A program made the position numbers and the translations under genes. Below, piece after piece: positions 58,376 through 64,000 of a stretch of 64,000 bases of DNA (the first letter of the stretch is position 1; each line of letters begins with the position of its first letter). The stretch covers positions 3,240-67,239 of the forward strand of contig DATKBR010000025.1 in NCBI GenBank assembly GCA_035513775.1. The letters are read 5' to 3'. The notes under the pieces were generated by a model that did no database searches, was not told the DNA's origin, and worked only from the letters and a program-made list of their open reading frames with translations. The DNA is from Candidatus Limnocylindria bacterium (GTDB lineage: Bacteria; Chloroflexota; Limnocylindria; Limnocylindrales; CSP1-4).

Positions 58376-58704
58376 CCGATCCCGCCGCCACGCGGCCCGG
58401 CGATCGCCCGAAGCCGACCATCGAGGACGTGCCGGAGGCGCGCCGGTACGAGGCGAGAATCGGCGACCAGCTCGCAGGCTGGGTCGACTACGGCCGCGTC
58501 GGATCGCGGATCGTGGCCATCCACACCGAGGTCCCGCCCGAGTTCGGCGGGCGCGGGATCGCGAGCGCGCTCGTCCGCCGGGTCATCCACGACGCCCGGG
58601 CGGCCGGCGCGACGATCACGCCGCGATGCCCGCTGTTCGCCGCCCATTTCGAGCGGCATCCCGAGGACGCGGACGTCCTCGCCGTCAGGCCCAAGCGCGA
58701 CTGA
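58372..58704 (+). CDS. Small GNAT-like N-acetyltransferase (YjdJ/Acetyltransf_CG type)
   Basis: ATGA overlap with ndh, 110 aa. HTEVPPEFGGRGIASALV and the ITPRCPLFAAHFERHPE motif. Confidence 0.72.
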   Translation: MTDPAATRPGDRPKPTIEDVPEARRYEARIGDQLAGWVDYGRVGSRIVAIHTEVPPEFGGRGIASALVRRVIHDARAAGATITPRCPLFAAHFERHPEDADVLAVRPKRD

Positions 58705-58752
58705 TGCGCGCGACCGGGGAGCGCGTAAGCGCGTCCCCTTAGCGGGCGCGAC

Positions 58753-59589
58753 CTAGCGGGCGCGACGGATCTCGGGACGGATCATCCCGAGCGCCGTGCG
58801 CTGGAGGCTGCGAGGAAGGCGATGCACCGAGCTCTCGGCCCGCACTGCCGCCGGCTCGAGGATCTCCCGGTCCGCCGCCAGGCACTCGCAGCTGGACCCC
58901 TCGAGCTTCCCAGCGTCGAGGACGTGGACCGTGCCGCGACGGAATTCGGCCACACCCTCCCGCGCGAATCGGGCGCCGACTGTCGAGACCGCGGGGCGCG
59001 AGACGCCCAGCAGGTCCGCGAAGGCCTCCTGTGTGAGCGGGAATGTCGGGCTGCCGATCCGGTCGCGCGTCAGCAGGAGCCAGCGGGCGGCGCGCTGGTC
59101 CAGGCTGTGCAGGCGGTTGCAGGACACGGTCTGGGCGAGGTGGGCGAGCAGGGCGATAGCGTAGCCATCGACCATCCGCCGGACCGCGTCGCTCGCCCGA
59201 ACGGCTGCCCGGAAGCGCTCGGCGGACATGGAACGGGCGACGCCGGGGACGAGCACGGCGGCATCCATCGTGCCCAGCGCGTCGACCGCCGCCGAGATGC
59301 CGACGATGCCCTCCGACCCGACCACGGTCACGCCGGTCGTGCGTCCGTCGGCCATCGTCACCGAGAGGGCGATCAGGCCCGACTCCGGGAAGTACACGCG
59401 CCCGACCGGCGCGTGGGCGTGCGCCAGCGACCGGTCCGGATCAAGCGGGATTCGGTCCAGGTCGCGCTGCAGCGCGTCGAGATCGCGTGCCGGGAGCGAT
59501 GCCAGGAGCTGTGACATCGGCGCCGGCGGTCCCGCATCCATCGATCGGAGGGCGGGGCGCATGGTACCCATGCTTGCAGGATTAGGCAT
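58753..59589 (-). CDS. Crp/Fnr-family transcriptional regulator (start uncertain among several in-frame ATGs)
   Basis: cNMP-binding-like beta-barrel region (GRVYFPESGLIALSV) and a C-terminal HTH (LTQEAFADLLGVSRPAVSTVGARFAREG). Confidence 0.85.
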   Translation of the reverse strand: MPNPASMGTMRPALRSMDAGPPAPMSQLLASLPARDLDALQRDLDRIPLDPDRSLAHAHAPVGRVYFPESGLIALSVTMADGRTTGVTVVGSEGIVGISAAVDALGTMDAAVLVPGVARSMSAERFRAAVRASDAVRRMVDGYAIALLAHLAQTVSCNRLHSLDQRAARWLLLTRDRIGSPTFPLTQEAFADLLGVSRPAVSTVGARFAREGVAEFRRGTVHVLDAGKLEGSSCECLAADREILEPAAVRAESSVHRLPRSLQRTALGMIRPEIRRAR

Positions 59590-59700
59590 GGGACCTTGCA
59601 GATGGGTCAGCCCATCTGTTCCGAATTAGACAGTAGCGATACGGCTGCGGGGCTAGGCTGCGAGACTGTCACGAATCTGCAAGCATTCCCTGCAGGTCCC
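59590..59700 (-). promoter_or_regulatory. Structured leader/operator region: long-range inverted repeat (GGGACCTTGCAG / CTGCAGGTCCC) enclosing an 8-bp hairpin, abutting the regulator ATG
   Basis: Arms at 59590-59601 and 59690-59700. The inner hairpin is CAGATGGG-TCAG-CCCATCTG (59599-59618). The (C)TTGCAG / CTGCA(A/G)G motif occurs four times. Confidence 0.35.
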
Positions 59701-59720
59701 ACGCCGCCCACCCGAGGCTG

Positions 59721-59951
59721 ATGATGCGAACTCCGATGGATCGACCTCGCGCCACGGCCTCCGTCACCGCCCGCGTCCTTCGACTGCACACCGACATCGC
59801 AACGCGGGTTGCGGACACCGCGTGGTCAGCGTTGCACGCCCTGGGTGCGCATCGCTGGCGCGACGGGATCGAGACGGACGACGAGCACGGCTGGACCCGT
59901 TACCGCGGGTCGCGCTGCACGGTCTGCGATTCACCCTGGGAGGGCTGGTAG
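59721..59951 (+). CDS. Hypothetical Trp-rich 76-aa protein
   Basis: ATG preceded by GAGG. About 80% G/C at third positions by eye. No family recognised. Confidence 0.3.
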   Translation: MMRTPMDRPRATASVTARVLRLHTDIATRVADTAWSALHALGAHRWRDGIETDDEHGWTRYRGSRCTVCDSPWEGW

Positions 59952-59953
59952 CC

Positions 59954-60100
59954 CTAATCCCCGGCTGATCGTCGGGTCTGGCGCGGATCGGCCCGCCGGC
60001 CCGCGAGCCTCCGTCGCAGCCACGCGAACGCGGCGATGCCCATCATCACCCGCGCGCCGAGCACGCGGAACAGGATCAATCGAGCCAGGCCACCTAGCAT
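59954..60100 (-). CDS. Possible small membrane protein (48 aa)
   Basis: C-terminal tail of the artefactual track ORF 59954..61798(-). From an ATG it reads MLGGLARLILFRVLGARVMMGIAAFAWLRRRLAGRRADPRQTRRSAGD, one hydrophobic helix plus a basic tail. Weak SD. Confidence 0.2.
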   Translation of the reverse strand: MLGGLARLILFRVLGARVMMGIAAFAWLRRRLAGRRADPRQTRRSAGD

Positions 60101-60217
60101 GACCCCACGGTGCCCGACGGGGCATTGCCCGCGGTACCCGGGGCGGACGCTGCCGGGCGACAACCATCTCGCAGGTGTCAAGCGACCGGCCCGTTCACGG
60201 CCCGTACCATTCGGCGG

Positions 60218-61378
60218 GTGGAGCACACGGCGGTCACCGTCCTCGAGGTCGGCGCGATCCTGCTCGCCGCGGCGGCAGCCGGCTGGGTGGCCCGCCGCCT
60301 GACCCTGCCGGCGATCGTCGGCTACCTCGCGGTCGGGCTCGTCGTCTCGCCCTTCACCCCGGGCTACGTGGCCGACGACACCCAGGTCAGCCTGTTCGCC
60401 GAGGTCGGCGCGATCCTGCTCCTGTTCGAGGTCGGCATCGAGGTCGACCTTCGGGAGCTGCGGCGCGAGCATCCAGCAGTGCTCTGGGCGGCGCCCGTCC
60501 AGATGGCGGTTACGTTCGGAGCATCGTTCGCCGCGTTCGCCTGGTTCGGCATCGACCCGGCCGCGGCGGCTTTGCTCGGTCTCGCCATCGCGATGTCGTC
60601 CAGCGTCGTCGTCGTGAACATCACCCGCAGCCGCCGCCGCACTACCGACAAGGAGACGGAGCACCTGCTCATCGGCTGGGCCGTGCTCCAGGACGTGATC
60701 GGCGTTGCGGCGGCGATAGTCCTCCTCGCCGCGATCGGCGCAGGGCAGCCGATCGAGATCACGCTCCTCGGGCTGGTCGCGTTCGGTGCCGTCGCGCTGC
60801 TCAGCGCCCGCGTCCTGCCGCGCGTCCTCGCGGGACTGCGCTCCGATCACGACCTGTTCCTCGCGGTGTCCGTCGCGACCGGACTGACCGTTGCCGGCGC
60901 GGGAGCACTGTTCACGGGCATGCCTCTGGCGCTCGCCGCGTTCGTCGGCGGGCTCACGATCAGCAACGGTCCCCTCGCGACCGAGGCCCGCCGGCGCCTC
61001 CTGCCGTTCCGCGACCTGTTCGCCATCTTCTTCTTCGTGGCCATCGGCACGCTCATCGATCCCGCCGCGCTCGGCCGCGGGGTCGGGTGGCTCGCGCTGA
61101 GCCTCGCCCTGGTGCTGGTCGCGAAGACGCTGGTCATCTACCTGCTCGCCCGGGGCTCGCGGATGCCCGCGCATGCCGGCCAGCTGGGTGTCGGGCTGGG
61201 CCAGATCGGGGAGTTCGGGTTCGTGCTCGCGACGGTTGCCGTCGTCCGCGGGCTCCTGCCTCCCGACACATACGCGGCGCTGCTCGCCGCCGTGGCGGTC
61301 TCGATCGCGGCGTCGTCCATCGTCGTCCGGCTCATGAAGAGCAGGACGCCCGCGCGGAGCGTCGCCGGGGTCGTATAG
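60218..61378 (+). CDS. Cation:proton antiporter (CPA2/Kef-like membrane domain, no KTN domain)
   Basis: GTG 60218 inside track ORF 60110..61378, 386 aa. LPAIVGYLAVGLVVSPFTPG and LLLFEVGIEVDL motifs, multiple TM segments. Confidence 0.9.
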   Translation: MEHTAVTVLEVGAILLAAAAAGWVARRLTLPAIVGYLAVGLVVSPFTPGYVADDTQVSLFAEVGAILLLFEVGIEVDLRELRREHPAVLWAAPVQMAVTFGASFAAFAWFGIDPAAAALLGLAIAMSSSVVVVNITRSRRRTTDKETEHLLIGWAVLQDVIGVAAAIVLLAAIGAGQPIEITLLGLVAFGAVALLSARVLPRVLAGLRSDHDLFLAVSVATGLTVAGAGALFTGMPLALAAFVGGLTISNGPLATEARRRLLPFRDLFAIFFFVAIGTLIDPAALGRGVGWLALSLALVLVAKTLVIYLLARGSRMPAHAGQLGVGLGQIGEFGFVLATVAVVRGLLPPDTYAALLAAVAVSIAASSIVVRLMKSRTPARSVAGVV

Positions 61379-61644
61379 GGCGCCACGCATTCGGGCTGGT
61401 CGCGACCGGGACGAAAGTCGCGGCAGTACTACCCGGCCGCTAGCCCGTCTGCCGCCGCCATCGGCGAGCGGTGGGGGGTCCTGGTACTGCCGCGTCACGG
61501 ACTTCGTACCGAGCTCGGCGGGACTACTGCCGCGCTCTTGGCAAGGCTGTCCGCAAGGTCCTTGAATCGATACTCCCTCAGGCCCAGGACGGGCCGTGCG
61601 ACCGAGACATCGAACAGCTCGGTCATGAGGGCGGACTCGCGAAA

Positions 61645-62226
61645 ATGTCGGTTCGAATGTCGGTTCAAAGGATCGGTCAGCCAGCCTCCAACCCTGTTGC
61701 ACGCGAGGATCGCGCCCGACGTCGGTTTGGGCTGCGTCGTGGCGCCCGCGGCCAGAGCCTCGTTGAGTTCTCCGTGGTGCTCCCCGTTCTGCTGGCACTC
61801 GTCGGGATCGTGATCGACGCGTCGCGCCTCTATACGGCCTGGGTCAATCTCGAGTCCGCGACGCGCGACGCCGCCCAGTACCTCGCGAAGAGTGACACCG
61901 ATCCCTACGCCTCCGACTACACGTGGGCAGGCGCCGACGCCGACGCCAAGGCGGCATACATCCTGGAGACGGCGCTGAACCTGACCTTCGAGACCTCCTC
62001 GCCGAGCGGAACCCTTAGCAGCTGCGAGGACGAGCCTGAGGTGACGACGACCTACGCGCTCAACACGAGCTGGGACGCCGGCGGCTCGGTGGCGAACCCG
62101 CTGAGCACCGCAAAGGTTTCTGCCTGTGTGCCGTTCCGGACCCTGTTCCAGTACCCCTTCATCACCACGGATGGGGTGTGGGTCCTCCAGAGCGAGCGCG
62201 AGATCACCGTGATCGTGGGCCGCTGA
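61645..62226 (+). CDS. TadE-like pilus assembly protein
   Basis: GQSLVEFSVVLPVLLALVGIVIDASRLY is a TadE N-terminal motif. The start is ATG 61645 or 61657 (12-nt tandem duplication ATGTCGGTTCGA/ATGTCGGTTCAA). Confidence 0.72.
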   Translation: MSVRMSVQRIGQPASNPVAREDRARRRFGLRRGARGQSLVEFSVVLPVLLALVGIVIDASRLYTAWVNLESATRDAAQYLAKSDTDPYASDYTWAGADADAKAAYILETALNLTFETSSPSGTLSSCEDEPEVTTTYALNTSWDAGGSVANPLSTAKVSACVPFRTLFQYPFITTDGVWVLQSEREITVIVGR

Positions 62227-62227
62227 G

Positions 62228-62704
62228 GTGGGGCGGGGATCTCTCCGAAAAGGGCGGTCCCGCGGGCAGGCGCTCGCGGAAGTGGCCATGGTCCTGCCGC
62301 TGTTCATGGCCATCCTCTTCGGGATTATCGACCTGGGTCGAGTGATCTGGGCGAACGACGTCGTCTCCAATGCCGCGCGCGAGGGTTCGCGGTACGCGTC
62401 CGTCAATGCGGGCACCCCCGGCCTCACCACCGAAATCTCCAAGGACGAAATCCGCGCTCGTGCCCAGGAGTTCGTGATCGCCGGTGGGGTCAATACGCGG
62501 GTCATGGTCTGCTTCTCCTCGGTCCAGATCGCGGAAGAGCAGCACGGCTGCGCCGGTGACACCGACCAGGCAGGCGCGGCTTACGAGCGCGGCAATCTCG
62601 TGACGGTGATCGTGGAATCCGACGTACCGATCTTCGCGAGCGCGGTAATGGGCGGCGGGCCGTTCACGGTTCGAGCCGAATCAACCGTCCTCATCAACAA
62701 CTGA
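62228..62704 (+). CDS. TadE-like pilus assembly protein
   Basis: 158 aa, GTG start. GQALAEVAMVLPLFMAILFGIIDLGRVIW is a TadE N-terminal motif. Confidence 0.78.
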   Translation: MGRGSLRKGRSRGQALAEVAMVLPLFMAILFGIIDLGRVIWANDVVSNAAREGSRYASVNAGTPGLTTEISKDEIRARAQEFVIAGGVNTRVMVCFSSVQIAEEQHGCAGDTDQAGAAYERGNLVTVIVESDVPIFASAVMGGGPFTVRAESTVLINN

Positions 62705-62711
62705 GGCCACG

Positions 62712-64000
62712 ATGACGCGACGACGACGAGGAGACCGGCCGGGCGAGGAAGGCGTGATCGTCGTGCTCTTCGCGATGGCGCTCGTAGTCCTGCTCGGCTT
62801 CGCCGGGCTCGTGTACACGGGCGCCCAGGCGCTCGTGCTTCGGCGCCAGCTGCAGAACGCCGGCGACGCGGGCGCGCTTGCGGCCGCGAACCTCCTCATC
62901 GTGGAGGGGGGCTGCAGCGCCGACGGCACCGGCGGGACGCCGCGCGAGTTCGTCGCCTCGACGGCGACGACTGCGGTCACAAGGAACCTACCAAACTACA
63001 ACGCCGGCGACGTCGACGTGACATGCCCGACGGGCTATAACAACCACGCCGTGCAGGTTGACCTCAGCGGCATCGGCCCATCGTACTTCGGCATGCAGGG
63101 CTTCCCTGCCAGCATCTCGAGCACTGCCGTCAACGGCCGGACCCTTGAGCACGAGTACGCAGTCGTCCTATTGAACCCCTCGAACCCGAACTGGCGCGCG
63201 CAGCGCAACGGCTGCGCGTCCTTCCTGGTGAACGGCGGAATCACGGTGACGTTCGAGAAGTCGGTCTTCGTGAACTCCACGTGCACCGTCGCGGTCAGCA
63301 ACAACGCTGCCGTCAAGGCCCTCAACTCATCGTTCCGCATGTCGCTCATCAACGGCGCCGTCTTCCGGATCGGCGGCGAGATGGCGCTCAACACGGTCGG
63401 GAAGATCACGCCGAACCCGGAAGAACACTATCGACCCCTCGTCATCGATCCGCTGTCGGGCATTCCCAGCCCGGACCAGCTCGTCGCAGATCCGGGCTCG
63501 GGTGCGGTGCTCCCCGAGGTGAACATGGCGAGCTCGGGCACGGGCATCTGCAAGAACCAGGATCCGTGCATCCTCACGCCGGGCACCTACCCCGACGGAA
63601 TCGCTGCCGTCGGCGGGGGCGGTGCCTCGACGCTCCTGCTCCGTCCCGGCGTCTACTACCTCGGCGGCGGCGGGCTGAAGCTCAAGAGCGGCTCGGCGCG
63701 GATCTTCGCGATCCCGAGCGCCGCCGCGATGCCTGACAGCGTGGCCAAGACGACATTCGCCAAGTCACTTACCGATACGCAGGTGGCGCTGGCGTGGCAG
63801 GCGACGTGCCCGCTCGTCAACTCGCCCTGCGGGGTGCTGATCTACAACGCCCCGAATGCCTCGACGCACTGGACCACCTCGGGCGGCACTGCCGACGAGA
63901 TGACCAACGGGTCGCAGGGAGTCCTCATGCTCCGGGCCTACCAGTCCGCGCTCGACACGATCGAATCCAATCGCCTGCCCTTCGTGGATTACGACAACCT
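62712..64000 (+). CDS. TadG-like (Tad/Flp pilus-assembly TadE/G-like N-terminus) protein, 3' end outside window
   Basis: Not in the track because there is no stop in the window. I translated the frame to position 64000 without meeting a stop. The N-terminal VIVVLFAMALVVLLGFAGLVYTGAQALVLRRQLQNAGDAGALAAAN matches the TadG-like signature. Confidence 0.72.
   Translation, partial: MTRRRRGDRPGEEGVIVVLFAMALVVLLGFAGLVYTGAQALVLRRQLQNAGDAGALAAANLLIVEGGCSADGTGGTPREFVASTATTAVTRNLPNYNAGDVDVTCPTGYNNHAVQVDLSGIGPSYFGMQGFPASISSTAVNGRTLEHEYAVVLLNPSNPNWRAQRNGCASFLVNGGITVTFEKSVFVNSTCTVAVSNNAAVKALNSSFRMSLINGAVFRIGGEMALNTVGKITPNPEEHYRPLVIDPLSGIPSPDQLVADPGSGAVLPEVNMASSGTGICKNQDPCILTPGTYPDGIAAVGGGGASTLLLRPGVYYLGGGGLKLKSGSARIFAIPSAAAMPDSVAKTTFAKSLTDTQVALAWQATCPLVNSPCGVLIYNAPNASTHWTTSGGTADEMTNGSQGVLMLRAYQSALDTIESNRLPFVDYDN

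Overview
High-G+C (roughly 70% by eye) bacterial chromosomal window, almost entirely plus-strand core genes with Actinomycetota-type synteny. Gene order: (1) the distal S10/spc ribosomal operons (rplV to rplO), then secY-adk-map; (2) a GAF-GAF class III nucleotide cyclase inserted before infA-rpmJ-rpsM-rpsK-rpsD-rpoA-rplQ-truA-rplM-rpsI; (3) a TPR-like gene, then cdaA-cdaR-glmM-glmS-acpS-nnrD-alr; (4) three uncharacterised genes; (5) tsaE-tsaB-rimI-tsaD-rsmA-ispE-ridA-glmU and a CNNM/CorC gene; (6) a polyprenyl synthase on the minus strand, then recO, a GNAT, a hypothetical and glyQS; (7) a lower-G+C secreted S1 protease on the minus strand; (8) a putative N-heterocycle/nucleoside catabolic cluster (AA_synth-family protein, enamidase-like amidohydrolase, LLM oxidoreductase, xanthine-dehydrogenase-family Mo-hydroxylase, nucleoside hydrolase); (9) FNR on the minus strand, ppdK, two tandem J-domain paralogs, ndh, a small GNAT, a Crp/Fnr regulator on the minus strand and a CPA2 antiporter; (10) the start of a TadE/TadE/TadG-like pilus-accessory trio that runs off the window. 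Very many gene junctions are ATGA/GTGA/TGATG overlaps, consistent with translational coupling. I found no rRNA, tRNA, CRISPR array, transposase, integrase or recognisable defence genes (no reverse transcriptase or nuclease/ATPase modules). Most long antisense ORFs in the track are G+C artefacts. The observations most worth follow-up are: the three-gene insertion between alr and tsaE; the catabolic cluster with its 325-nt structured leader; two genes (the cyclase and alr) that appear to need non-AUG/GUG/UUG starts; low-complexity extensions on several ribosomal proteins; a coding-like in-frame stretch after the glyQS UGA; tandem J-domain paralogs sharing a conserved upstream 18-mer; and structured or repeat-bearing intergenic regions upstream of ndh and the Crp/Fnr regulator. 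All calls come from reading the translations and sequence by eye. No database search was run.
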